Positions 11,481 to 24,117 of a stretch of DNA of 64,000 nt are shown here, in pieces. The DNA lies in contig NC_092345.1 of assembly GCF_963676685.1 (NCBI RefSeq), forward strand, positions 78,678,001-78,742,000. The letters are read 5' to 3'. Each line of letters starts with the position of its first letter. Positions within the stretch are counted from its first letter, which is position 1. Position numbers and translations under genes: made by a program. The stretch comes from Mytilus edulis. Its lineage: Eukaryota. The notes under the pieces are model-generated. The model was not told where the DNA came from, ran no database searches, and saw only the letters and a list, made by a program, of their open reading frames with translations.

Positions 11481-14099
11481 GGGTTAAACATGTTTTGTGA
11501 GATCTTAACCCTCTCCTATACCTGTCATACCTCTAACCAATGAAGAAAAACAAACACACAGCAATACACACAGTAAAACTCAGTTTAAAAGAAGTACTTA
11601 CAAGTGTAAGACTAAAAAAAAGTTAAAAAATAGCATATCCATATACACTAATCCTCTATATTGACTTTACAGCCCTACTGTTTCTTGTGGTTTGAATCAT
11701 GAAAACAATTGAAATGAATATATGTCGATACCTATACTTTGGCATTACACATTCCTTTATTTTGGCATTGCACAAAGTCATATTTTTCTTCTGACTGTTA
11801 ATGAGGTCTTGACAATAAATCCTTTAGATGTTGGATGTGTACGGAGATATGTTTTAGTCTTAGATACAACTTAGCGAGAATGAAAATTTGGAATGTGTTA
11901 AAAAGGCATCAACCCGACCAAAGAACATAAAACAGCCCAAGGTCACCAATGGGTCTTCAACACAGAAAGAAAAATCCCACACCCAGAGTTGGGCTTCAGT
12001 TCAATCAGTTGGGCCTTAAACAAAATTGTACTAGTTCGGTGATAATGGACGTTTTCGTATATAGTTTTATACATACACAATGCCGTTAGTTTTCTCGTTT
12101 GGTTTGTTTATCATATCTGTCACTTCGGGGCGATTTTTACGTACCAAATTCCTTATTGAACGTTTTCTGTATCAATTTACTAAGTTTATAGCTTTATATG
12201 TGTACCCCTTGGATCAATGCACCAAATTATTCATACGTCATTCAATAGTCCATTTGCCAATTACCAATTTTATTCTGTTAATACACACTTTTTAAACAAA
12301 TTACTTCCCTTTGTCAATCGTAGACTGGTTCCATACCGGACAAATTTGGCTTTTGCCAATGCAAAGTATGGTGATTTGAAAGTGATGTATCGGCAGTTTA
12401 ACTATTTTTTCTTAAAAAATAATTTCTGATGTCAAAAGTATTTAGATTAACAACAAATTAATGTAATACAAAGATTTGAAAGCCTTAAATATTACTCGCA
12501 TTACGCACAGGTAAATTTGCTCGTTCTGCTAGCTCTCCATTATAAATGAAAATTAATGTCCCTCATAAGGGAGACAACTGAAAGAGGGATCTCTTATTAC
12601 AGGGTCAATTACGGGAATTGGCAAATAGCCTAATCAACTTTGTCTCCGAGTCTTCATTGTTATATGTATTTCATGTACCTGAATTGAAATACCCCAATTT
12701 TAAAGTATCAAATGCCACACGTAGTTGACTTGATTGTAAAACACAGTATTTTCAGTTCATGTTAATTAAACCAACTTTGAGTCATGGTTTTGATCATTAT
12801 GTTTGCCATTTTATTTCAACGCTGTAAAAAATGAGAAGATATAGTATTAGTGACAATAAGACAAACACTCGTAAAGACCAAGAACACCGAAGGACAAAGC
12901 ATAAATAATTACAGGTCACCAGATGGAATTTGATGATTTGCAAAAGAAAACCACATAACATGTAGTAAGCAATATAACGGCTCGGTATGACAAATATAAA
13001 CCAATTAAGAATAGAAAAAATAACATACTACAAAAATGAACAAAAAATCATTTTGACAAGCAGCAACTAACGACAACCATTTCAGGGTTCGGGCGTATGA
13101 CAGGCACATAAAGTTTGAGTTTATAACATATTTGTGTACTGAACCCGGATGTTTCTAAAAATCGATATGGGAATCATGCTCCAGAGCAATTCAGCTTAGA
13201 TAAAATTTCACAGCTTAGGATAAACATTACATACAGCAATAACTTTTGATCGAGTTTATTATTTTGATGAATGCTAAATGATATTTAGTTGCATACACTT
13301 TATTTGCAAAGATGTGTTGATTAAAAGCCTTTTATCCATTTTGTAACTTGCGTGTTTCAGTCTTAATTACCAGTACTAGCATTTTGTCATTGGATTTCTT
13401 GAAATAGAAGTTGTACACAAATTTTACGGAAGTTAATGGTTAATTATGATAACATTTCAATGTTCCTCTGCGTGCACGTGACATACTTAATTCTTTTTAA
13501 TTGAAATTACAGAAAATAAAGTTTAATGGAAATGGTCGGTAGCTAGCCGATATAGAAAATAATCGCTAGGTGGTAAAATATAAAGAAAATCTAATAATTT
13601 TCTTCAGCTCTAACATGTATCTTATTCATTCATATAGAAATAAGAAGGTAACAGGGGATCGTAAAATAAAAGTAAGATAAGAATTATAATTGCATCAGCA
13701 ATTGAACAAAGACATAAAGATAAAACTTAAATAAATAACAGCACACATCCATCAATAAAAAAAATTCAGACAGCAAATTGACTAATGAAAATAATTGTAG
13801 AAAACATCAAACATACCTAACATTCTTATGTAGAAAACAAATTAAAACATTTATCAATAAACTCATATATACCAGGACTAAATTCTGTATATACGCCAGA
13901 AGCCTACAGAAAAACGTGTCGAAATGCTACTCCGGAAGAGTCAGCACCTTCACTTTCACTAATGCCATCATATTTTCCAAAAAACTATCAGCATTCCTAT
14001 AAGAACCAACAGTGTTTCTCTTTTTGTCGAATTGTTCCTTTATTTGTATGAGGCAAATTTCATTCAAGTGCATTTCAGAAAACCTATGAAAGAAGCTAG

Positions 14100-14500
14100 C
14101 ACAATGCATTAACTTGATGTTCTGGTTCAAAGATGATGTCCTCTCACTAATTTATTCAAGGTTTGATGACTGTACATCTATCCCATCAAACTTCAAATAC
14201 GGAATACTAGAAAAATCTAGTCTTTCTCATATCTTGACTTATAAATAGAAATTGACAAGAGGTCCGACTTGCTTTAGAACAAGACTTTTCGGCAAAAACG
14301 ATAGGTGCCAAATACGGAGCAGGAACTGCTTACGCTTTCAGAGGCACCTGATGTTTGGTGTGGGTTTGTGTTGTTCGATCAGTCATGACTGTGTGTTCTA
14401 TGGAGGATAGACAAGCCTTTTCGTCATTTTGTTTTTTGTCATGGCACTGCCTTTTTTCTTCGACTTATGAATTTGGAATGTCCCTTCGCAATTTTTGACT
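14100..14500 (+). mobile_element. Eroded Penelope-like element fragment (RT remnant plus 3' region)
   Basis: GATGATGTCCTCTCACTAA..ATCTATCCCATC..TCATATCTTGACTT (DDVLSL..IYPI..SYLDL) and GGAGCAGGAACTGCTTAC..GCACCTGA match the element at 35062-35952. Confidence 0.65.
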
Positions 14501-14935
14501 ATTTTTTAAAATCACACAGGACTATTGATATTTCCCGTCTTATCCTATTAGAGTAAGACATCTTTAAATTTATACATAATCTAAATTGTTTAAGTTAACC
14601 CTTAAACATGATTCGATTTTAAAATCCAAAACTGAAACATTTTTTGCTAGTCAATTGTTAGAAACAAAAACCCCGTTACCAACAAAAACAACAAGAAGGG
14701 CTGCGAAATAACAACTCCACAAGTGTCAGTGGATATGTTAATGAAATTGTGATTGTGTACTTGTAAACGTTAATACAAGATTCAGTGCATGCATAAGATT
14801 TTATATATCCCAAAATAAAACGTCGCTACTAAATAATTCTTATGTGGTAATATAAATGTTATTTTAATTCAAATTTAATTCCCTTAGCACTATCGGCGAG
14901 TTTTGAAGACACATGCGTAATGGAGAACAATAATT

Positions 14936-17900
14936 TTAACGCCATGGTCCCCAGAAGCCACCACGTAGTTCAGGATTTGCCTGTGGATCACTCCCAGGAA
15001 ATCTTACTGGTACTGAAGATTTGTCATACTCCGCCAGCATATCTAACATCTCCTTAACTATTTGTGGACGGCTTGCTGATAAATCTGTTGTCTCTAAAGG
15101 ATCGTCTCTTATATTAAACAACCAAACGTTTTTCTTTCTTGAATCTTGTGGTGTTGATCTTGCCAAACCCGTTCTCGGGTTTGGGTTATAATTTTTGTAC
15201 CCTTAAATAAAAATAGATTGTGATATTGAATGCAGCAACTTTGTAATAAATTTGTTTCTACTTATTCGTGATAAACCTTTATACTTACCCAAAAACATGT
15301 ATCTAATATTTACGAAAATACACCGTTTACATTAATTCGACAACAACATCCAAATGAATCTTCAATGTGTTGATCCCATGTGTATTGGTGACAGCCTCGT
15401 GCTTACAATTTTTTTTCTGCATCTAGAGGTTGAGAAAGAGACAGAAAAGGAGTGCCTTGCATACGAAAAAAATACAAAAATACAGGAAAATATTTTTTTC
15501 TTAATCTTTTCCGGTAAATAACACGAAGTTTCTTTATTAATGTAATTACATAGTTCTTTTAAATATTTACCTGGTTTTCCAGTCAGAAGTTTGTAGTCTT
15601 TATATCGAATAGCAGCATGTTTCGTAGTATCAAAACTACTGTTAAATAATGGTCTGCCAAACCGACGCGCTAAAGGATCAATACCATGAAGAATGACTTC
15701 TCTGGGGCTCTTCTCTCTCCCACTGATATATTCAATCAAAATTGAAAATAAATAAATACATGTATGTATTATGCTCAACTTACAACAATATAATAATATT
15801 TAAAAAATGCAGTAACATAACAATTGTTTAATACCGAACACTTAAAATCATTATTGAAAGAAAACATAACACAAATACAAAAATAAAGAAGTAGAAAAAT
15901 AGTGAAAATATCTTGAGACTCGTGTTGCCGTTCTTGCTAATTTCTCATACAAGCTTACTAATATTTTTCAACTCTATATATAAAAAAAAACATGTATAAG
16001 ATATATACTAATAGTTGTAATTTATTTTGATTTCTGTAGTCTCTCATCATTCTTAATAGAATGGTACTTGTATTTTAGTTTATAAAATGTCTGTTTCATT
16101 TACATAAATCAAAAGTATATATCATTTGTATATCATGATGATTGTTTTATATGTATACATGATGTATTAGAAGTGGTGAAACTTTAATAAAATATCATCA
16201 AATAAAAATAAGTTAAACGCAATAGGACTCCCAAAGAAGACATAAGGATATGAACAAATTACTCTTCTCGCCTAAACATTGGAGTTTAATTACCAAAAAC
16301 ATCTGACATTCAATTAATTATTTTGGAAATTAACGAAGTTAATGATGTACACCTCTGAGGAGCCAAACATTTCTAGAATTAAATTTGGTTTCTTCAAGGA
16401 TTTGTTCAGTACTTTACAAAGCCTTGGTTTTACTTGATTTTTTGGTTTATATAAATGTAAGAAAGTAATATGCATGATTCCAATCGTTATATTTCCATCA
16501 TAATTTAAACGCAGAATACTGACATACCTTATCGCATCCCACTGATCAAATCCGTCGAGAGGTTTTACCCCTTCAAAGTTCCCTTGAGCCTGATTTACAA
16601 GTGTTGGAAACCAGTCAGTAACATGCATTAGTTCTCGAGACACTGTCCCTTTATTTCTTACTTGTCCGCCACACACAAATCCTACTCCACGAATTCCTCC
16701 TTCAAAATTACCTCCCTTGTTTCCTCGCAATGGATAATTATTGCCACCTCTACTGATTTGACCACCATTATCTTGAAAGAATAATTATTTAATAAAGTGT
16801 GGTCTGTCAGTACAAGCCAACTACAAGACAAAAAAATCAAAGATTGAAGGTGTTATGCTTGAAATGGTATAGAAAATATAGTAATGTTACATATCTTATG
16901 TAGGTATTTCCCTATAATATTTTTCGTAAGAACCTAGATTTTCAAGCTAAGGACAGAAAGAAACCTTACACAAATAATGTAGACGTAATATCAAGTGTCA
17001 AATTTACTTATATTGCAAAAATGCTGATATGTGTAATCCTAACCAAAAAAGAAATAGTATCATCATAATGAATTATTTATTCGTGAAAACGACTACGTAG
17101 CTTACATGTATATTGCCAACTTTATTTAATTATTGATTAAACCAATTTTGTGGAAAGTGTTATATATTTTGTTACCAAAGTTTTAAAATATGAAATATAA
17201 TCACAATTTTGTTTTGTTTTAGCAAAATTAATTTTACTACTACTGTCCCTATAACATTTTGAAAACTATGAATCCCAAAAGGGTAAATTTTCAAAATGAG
17301 AAACAATGAAATTGAAAGTTTAGTCTCATTAGAATAATATTTTAGATAAAGGCCAAAAGGCTTAAAGCCAAATTTTGCTTGGATTATTTTATTGAAAATA
17401 TTCGGACATGCATGTACTTTTGCAATAAATTTAGCAATTAAGATGTGCTGTAAAATTCATTTTAAAATAGAAGTCTACAATAAGTGTTGTTTTTGTCAGT
17501 TGCAATTGTAAAAAAAAACGGGGGTTAATCTGTCATTTTGCTGTGAGAAGCTGGAAAATCATTGTAATTATGTGCCAAAATCTGTTGAGAGCTTTTAACT
17601 TTAACAGAATGGCCTTACCTGTTGAAAAGATAAAGATAGTATTCTCCCAGAGTCCCTTTCGTTTTAGGGCTCTCGTTATATTTCCAACACCTTCGTCTAA
17701 CGCAGAAACCATTCCTTTCAAAAGAACAAAAATATCAATTGTACATAATTGTAATAATCAACATCTTTGTGTTTCATGTCGAACAATCAATTATGTCATT
17801 AATTCATTTCAGAGCTCTGAATTCATTCGTTACTCGTGTCCTTTTTCGCTACGAGGTTATAATAAAAAAGGTCCTGAAATTGTTTACAAATTAACCTTTG

Positions 17901-20900
17901 TTGTGTATTTTGATTAATAGTTATGCATTCGGTGATTATGTTTATATTGGACAATGACGCAAACGTGTGTGCAAATGCTTTACACAAGGTTACAGACTGT
18001 TTATTTTAATCATATTTCATTCCTTTCATATAGTATCAATAACATGTAGATAGACAAAGATCTGAAGCATCTACATCATGTGGAGCAAACAATGTTTATT
18101 TGAACAAACTTCGAACGCAAGACATGACTGTTTAAACTGTTGCTCAATTTAAATATTTGGATACTGAATCTTGTCATACAGTAAGTTTGAGATGCCTATA
18201 TTGTGTTTCACTCGGCGTTTCCGGAAAAAAAAGTTTACGTTTCCGCAAAGAAATATCTTACCTTTCCGGAAAAAAGGAACTATTCCGGAAAAAATAAATT
18301 ATTGCTTTTCCGCAAATAATTGAGGAATACTTGTTGATCGAAAGCAAAGCCATAATATAAAATAAATATTAAGTAAGTCAAAGGTCATCATAACATGCAA
18401 GTAAAATTCATCATTTAAATCTATGAAAACGTATGTTCAAAAGTCAGCACTAATCAGAAATATCTTGATATGAGTTCATAAGTCAGTTCTGGCAGAATAT
18501 TTGTAGCCAATACGCCGCACAAAGTCCACAGTAGTACATTCACCGTTTACAAGTTTTGTATTTTGTTCAAGAAGGAAGTCCATCTTCTCCTTTTCACATT
18601 TCCAAACGAGTGCTTTTACAGTTAGAGTTCTCATCTTTATGTAAGATGTTGTTTGCAGTTTCAATAACACATCGATAAAAACAAAAATGTTAGGATGGCT
18701 AGCGTAAAACTGCTCGTTCAAGTGGGCATGAAAAGACTCATCCCTATTCGTGTTTTCGTAACAGCAGTATGCATTACACATTCAAAGTCATTATGAACTA
18801 CCTCGGGCTGGTAAGTTATTCTTCGGGTAGTGCACACATCAATAAGCCGATCCAACAGTTTCGTGTAACATTCCTCGGATTTAAGTGGAAGTAACGCAAA
18901 TACAAGACGAATGTAGTTACCATTTTTACATCCATGTATCGAATAAACTTAGTTGGTAGAAAAATTTCGGACAGGATTTAAATGTGCCATCTATGAAAAT
19001 ATCAGTCATTTCATTACATAGACATACCAAGTTGGTGAAACATGAAAGTATAACGATTCCCGAATCAAATTCATTGACGAATTAAAAGTGAAAATAAGTC
19101 TCAGTTTTGTTAGTGTTCAAATCTATATGTCTTAATGTCTCGTGAATTTCTAATCTACATTTAGGTAATTTTGGAAACTGCTTTCGCCTGTCTCTGTATA
19201 AGGGCATAGCAACATTTTTCAAGTCAATATATTTTCAAATATTTATAATTTACCAGGTAAATTTCCGGAAAAGTAATAAATGCAAATTGCTGAAACGTTT
19301 ACTTTAAATTTGCGGAAACGTAGCATTGAGACTTTGAAAAATTAGCGGAAATGCAATTCGCCCGTTTCACTGAAGGTATCATACGTTCACTCATCCATGA
19401 CGAAATGACGTATCACTCATACGTTCACGCATACATAACGAAAGAACTCTTTATCGACTATTGGCTAGCTTTATTTTTTTATTATTATGGAATCGAATTT
19501 AAATTCATCGTACAACACCATTGCCAATATATTATGTCATTTAACTTTAAAACTTAAACTGCCAAGGTAACTGTCTTATATCCAAGTCGATATGAGAAGA
19601 TAACTATGTTTGGGTAGCTGTCTTATATCTAAGTCGATATTAGAAGATAATTATGTTTGGGTAGCTGTCTTATATTTAAGTCGATATGAGAAGATAATTA
19701 TGTTTGGGTAGCTGTCTTATATCCAAGTCGATATGAGAAGCTAATTATGTTTGGGTAGCTTTCTTATATCCAAGTCGATATGAGAAGATAATTATGTTTG
19801 GGTAGCTGTCTTATATCTAAGTCGATATGAGAAGATAATTATGTTTGGGTAGCGGTCTTATATCCAAGTCGATATGAGAAGATAATTATGTTTGAGTAGC
19901 TGTCTTATATCCAAGTCGATATGAGAAGATAATTATGTTTGGGTAGCTGTCTCGTATCTAAGTCGATATGAGAAGATAATTATGTTTGGGTAGCTGTCTT
20001 ATATCTAAGTCGATATGAGAAGATAATTATGTTTGGGTAGCTTACTTATATCCAAGTCGATATGAGAAGATAATTATGTTTGGGTAGCTGTCTTATATCT
20101 AAGTGGATATGAGAAAACATGTGTTTGGGTAACTGTCATATCTAAGTGAGTAACTTCTAGATATCACGAGCAAACATGTGTTTTTGGTAGCTGTCTTAAT
20201 CTAAGTGGATATTTCATGAGATTGTCTCTTACCTGCATACTGTCGTCTATGTATATCCGGAATAGTATTTTTGTATGGATGAATATATCTCTTTGGTGCT
20301 TGTAGAGGGGAATGAGGAGCTTGATATGGTACATACATGAACAAAGGCTGCGGATGACACCAAAAAAATAATGCAATACTGTATTAATCTTCAATAACAA
20401 ATAAATAGCTATTAAAGGACTGAAATGTATATGTTCATAAAACAGATAAACACTATCCTTTTTCTGTACTCACGGTTACCTTAAAATTGACAAATATGTT
20501 ATATTTTTCCATGTAACAAATAACCTTTATTTTTCTTTTAATTATTAATGTCTTGGGTTTTATTTGTTCTAATTAGTGTATAAGTATATCAAATAACTTT
20601 TTGTAGCGGATAATTGCTCCGTTTTGAAGAAAATTAAAGCGATATGGTGTTTAATTCAAGACAGAAATCCCCCTGCTGAAAGCAAAAGCAACGTCGATTT
20701 ACAGAATAGTTTAAGATTTCGAGAAATAAGTATTAACTTATTGTTGCATCAAGAAATATACCTTAGACGATTGGTGACTATCGATGATATCCACAGCTCG
20801 TCGTGAAAACAGAGTTGTCGAATATTCACGATTGGTTCGTATTTGACGTTCATTTTCCCTAAAATCATCCCCGCACATTCCTCGGTCACAACGTCTGTGA

Positions 20901-23900
20901 TGATAGTGGGATTTAGAACCGACCAGAAAACCTGAAAAATAACGAACATGAATCGACAAAATTATATTATTGTTTTTTTTTTCTTTTTTTCTTTTTTCTA
21001 TAAATTCGTATATTGCAAGTCAATTCTTCAGTGTTTATTAACTTATTCAAAGAACGAATTACAAGCAGATTTAAATTTCATAATCATTACCAGGCAAACA
21101 AATGATTTCATCTTTATGCATGAACATTAAATGACTGAGACTTTAAGGGGGTGAATTTCATATTTATGATTTCTTGTTACACTTGGAAAAAAATTGACGA
21201 TATCATTACTCATTTCTAATATTTCCGTGTGGTTTTTTTCAAAGTGGTTGGTCTTTTAAATATGCATTATAGAGATGACGTATGATTTCCAATGATACAA
21301 ATATCCATCACATATAAAAAAAAAAAAAAAAAAGTTCGTCTATTGGTTAGATGCATGTTTTTTTTATATTCATAGTTTTAATTTTTAAACCTTTAATTTG
21401 TTCTTTATGATGTACCTTTGTCTTTGCTTTTTTGATATCGCTTAACTTAATATGTAAATTATATAATTTGATTCACCATAAAATGTATCAAATCCTCGTC
21501 GTGTTGGAAGAAATTCATTTTTGTAGAAACCAAGATGCCATTTCCCAATACAGTGTGTGCTATATCCAGCCTGTTGAATTTTATCTGCTATAGTCAGACT
21601 ATCGGTTGGCAAGGCAGTCGGTTTAGATGGCTGTATATTACCATGTTGCATTCCAGTACGAATCTGTAAATACATGTGGAAACCATAAAATTAAATGAAG
21701 TTTTGTACCAGTGAGATATTACATTTGTTTGTGGCACAAATTGACATTAAATCAGTTCCAGATGAAATAAAAAATCATCGTATACCACGATCTATACAGG
21801 CCTAGAATTGTACTAATCATGCCCAATTATATGACACGATAGAACATTCAAATGTTTATATTCCTAGTTTGTCCCCAGCGTGATGCGTTCGTCCATCCGT
21901 CTGTCCGTTCGGTTTTGTTGACGCTCTCGCGTGTATATTACTTGTTTAGTTTTTATAAAACTTATAGCATAGCTTTATGCAAGCAATGTCTCAGACAAGT
22001 TCGAAAATCAGTGCTGATCATTTCTTCTTAAAAGGGTTATAATTATGCCTCTCGGGAATATTGATTATATTGGAAATTGCATCGCATTTGCTCTGAACCC
22101 TTCACTTCTCTAAGATAGTTGAAAAAAAAAGTTTTCGTTATTGCCCTTGGAAAGATAATGGATAGATGAAATATGTGCAACGCGGGCAACATTGGAACTC
22201 TATTTTATTTAGCATACTGCATTGATAAGTTTTATTTGGCACAACTTTTTGGACTTTTGGATCCTCAATGCTCTTCAACTTTGTACTTGGTTGGCTTTAT
22301 AAATATTTTGATATGAGCGTCACTGATGAGTCTTATGTAGACGAAACGCGCGTCTGGCGTACTAAATCATAACCCTGGTACCTTTGATAACTAATTATGC
22401 AAAAAGTACTTGTAGATGGCATTGGTAAAAAAATTAGTATAAAGGACTTGAAATACATTTTGGTTAGTACTATAGTTGAATATTCAGATTCGTAATTATA
22501 CATCACTACGATTTAAACTTCACTGTATCTATTAATAAATGACGACACTATTGGAAAAGGAAAGACTGCAGATCTATATTATCTGTTATGTAGTTTGCCT
22601 GTTACACATGTATATATGTGTCTGAGTGTTTCAAAATAAAGTTATTATTTTTCTGTTATTTTACTTTCCACTCTTAAACACATTGTTTTTAAGGATGGAC
22701 ATTACAATAAAAGATTAAAAAAAAAAGGATGAATTCATCAAAAAAAGGTAAGGCAAGCTATATCGTGTTAATGTAAGTAGTATATAAATTAAAAAAAATC
22801 AATGCTCAATGCAACATTGAAACAAAATGAATTCCTGTACCCTGTAGCGCCTGTGCTTAAAGTCATAAATGTCTCCAACTAATTAGTGACATCTGATGTA
22901 ATATTTCTACTGGTAACCACTTTTTAGTCTTTAACTTCCCCGTCCTTTGGTCTCTGGTGGAGAGTTGTCTCATTGAAAGATTGGAAGGTCTGCGACTTAG
23001 ACATATCTCTGTGTCCATAAAATAATTGTGATCGGAATAATAGGAAAGGTTCAGCATAAGTCGATAGAACAGACACGATATAATATAATAAACATAGTAC
23101 ATATAAAATCAAGACATGTACAATGATTTCCGATGAGACGACTGTCCACAGAGATCACTGAATGGCAGGAATTTTAGCAGCTTTATATGTTTCCGTTCAG
23201 CAGATGCAATAATAACCAAAACTATACCATTTAACAAGGTATAAAAGTCTCTGGTAAGATACATTTCAAACAGAAAAGCATCGGCCTGGTTTATAATAAA
23301 ACCAAACATAAAAAACAAATCTGGCTTACAAAACAAATGACCAACACTGCATTGATTGCCCTTTTATTAGTGTCTCATAAGTCGTTTTTGTGGTTGTTTT
23401 ATGTGTATGTATCTATATAATTTTGCTTATTTTCTTGTCAATTTAAAATATGTGAGATCTTAATAAACTATTTACTTACTTTACTTTCTTCCTCTGTTGT
23501 AAGTGTGGCATTATTTAATTGTCGCAAATCATGAATTATATGGTCATAATTATGAATTAAATGTTTACAAAACTTAAAATTTTGAAATTCTAAGGCTTTT
23601 CTACACCAGGAATAGATTACTTTAGCTGTATTTGGCAAATATTATAGATGTTTTTGATCCTCAATGTTCTTCAACTTCTTACTTTATTTGTGCTTTTTAA
23701 CTGTTTATTCGGGCGACATTACTGATGAGTCTTTTGTAGACGAAACGCGCGTTTTGGCGAAAATACATAATTTCAATTTTGGTATCTATGATGAGTTTAT
23801 TTATTATCAACTATTAAAACAGGACATGATCTTTTGAAGCTGTAAAATGAAATTATGTATATCATAGTCTATACTACTCTTACCTGGTATCTTCCAGACA

Positions 23901-24117
23901 AAAGACATGATCTAGTAGGTGTACATATTGGTTGTACATAATAGTTTTCTAATTTAACTCCTTCGTTTGCCAACCTATCTAAGTTAGGGGTACGGATCTC
24001 TGATCCGTGATATCCAATGTCATTAAATCCATAATCATCTACCAGAATAAAGATAATATTGGGCTTACTCAATACCACATCCTGTAAGACGGTTAATAAC
24101 AGCGCAACACAGAACAT
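14936..24117 (-). CDS. Arylsulfatase B-like sulfatase, 8 exons, 487 aa
   Basis: Exons 24117-23884, 21663-21477, 20931-20762, 20347-20233, 17714-17619, 16771-16528, 15722-15571, 15201-14936; all GT-AG with consistent phases (1464 nt). Signal peptide, [12 protein letters not shown], formylglycine motif CTPTR, GKWHLG, STDNGG, C-terminal FWGPWR. ARSB/I/J family; exact orthology unresolved. Confidence 0.93.
18213..19363 (-). mobile_element. Mutator-like (MULE) DNA transposon relic in arylsulfatase intron 4
   Basis: Frameshifted transposase [28 protein letters not shown] and [25 protein letters not shown]. Inverted subterminal motifs TACGTTTCCGCAAA/TTTCCGGAAA; 8-bp direct repeat GTTTCACT at 18205-18212 and 19364-19371. 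Confidence 0.8.
19567..20220. repeat. 47-bp minisatellite, ~12 well-conserved plus ~2 degenerate copies
   Basis: Unit GTAGCTGTCTTATATCCAAGTCGATATGAGAAGATAATTATGTTTGG starting at 19567, 19614 ... 20084; no spacers. Confidence 0.95.
21860..22200 (+). mobile_element. Possible Helentron-associated (HINE-like) non-autonomous element remnant
   Basis: CCGT/CTGT-type microsatellite (GTCCATCCGTCTGTCCGTTC) followed by a GTTATTGCCCTTG-type internal motif; degenerate. Confidence 0.35.
22234..22392 (+). mobile_element. Partial retrozyme, family 1, in arylsulfatase intron 1 (antisense to gene)
   Basis: Matches 52056-52214; contains an intact hammerhead. Confidence 0.8.
22317..22360 (+). ncRNA. Intact minimal type I hammerhead ribozyme, family 1
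   Basis: gcgtca-CTGATGA-gtct tatgt agac-GAAA-cgcgcg-TC-tggcgt: 6-bp stem I (two GU pairs), 4-bp stem II, complete core, GUC cleavage triplet ending at 22354, palindromic ACGCGCGU. Confidence 0.92.
23540..23803 (+). mobile_element. Retrozyme family 1 variant; hammerhead at ~23713-23760 with degraded stem I
   Basis: CTGATGAGTCTTTTGTAGACGAAACGCGCGTT, with flanks homologous to the other copies. Confidence 0.75.

Larger units (their letters stand above)
6140..13830. repeat. Local tandem segmental duplication (unit 1 ~6140-8975, unit 2 ~8975-13830 with later insertions)
   Basis: Collinear matches: 6199-6237/9018-9057, 6257-6350/9727-9820, 7245-7280/10084-10119, 7370-7700/11873-12215, 8420-8790/13270-13640 (near-identical), 8958-8973/13809-13824. 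Confidence 0.85.

Noticed and set aside
15362-17917. Stand-alone ORFs of 138, 138, 62 and 124 aa
   Set aside because: Arylsulfatase exons running into introns, or antisense shadows.
19567-20220. CRISPR-like array
   Set aside because: Head-to-tail 47-bp units without unique spacers, no cas genes, eukaryotic intron.
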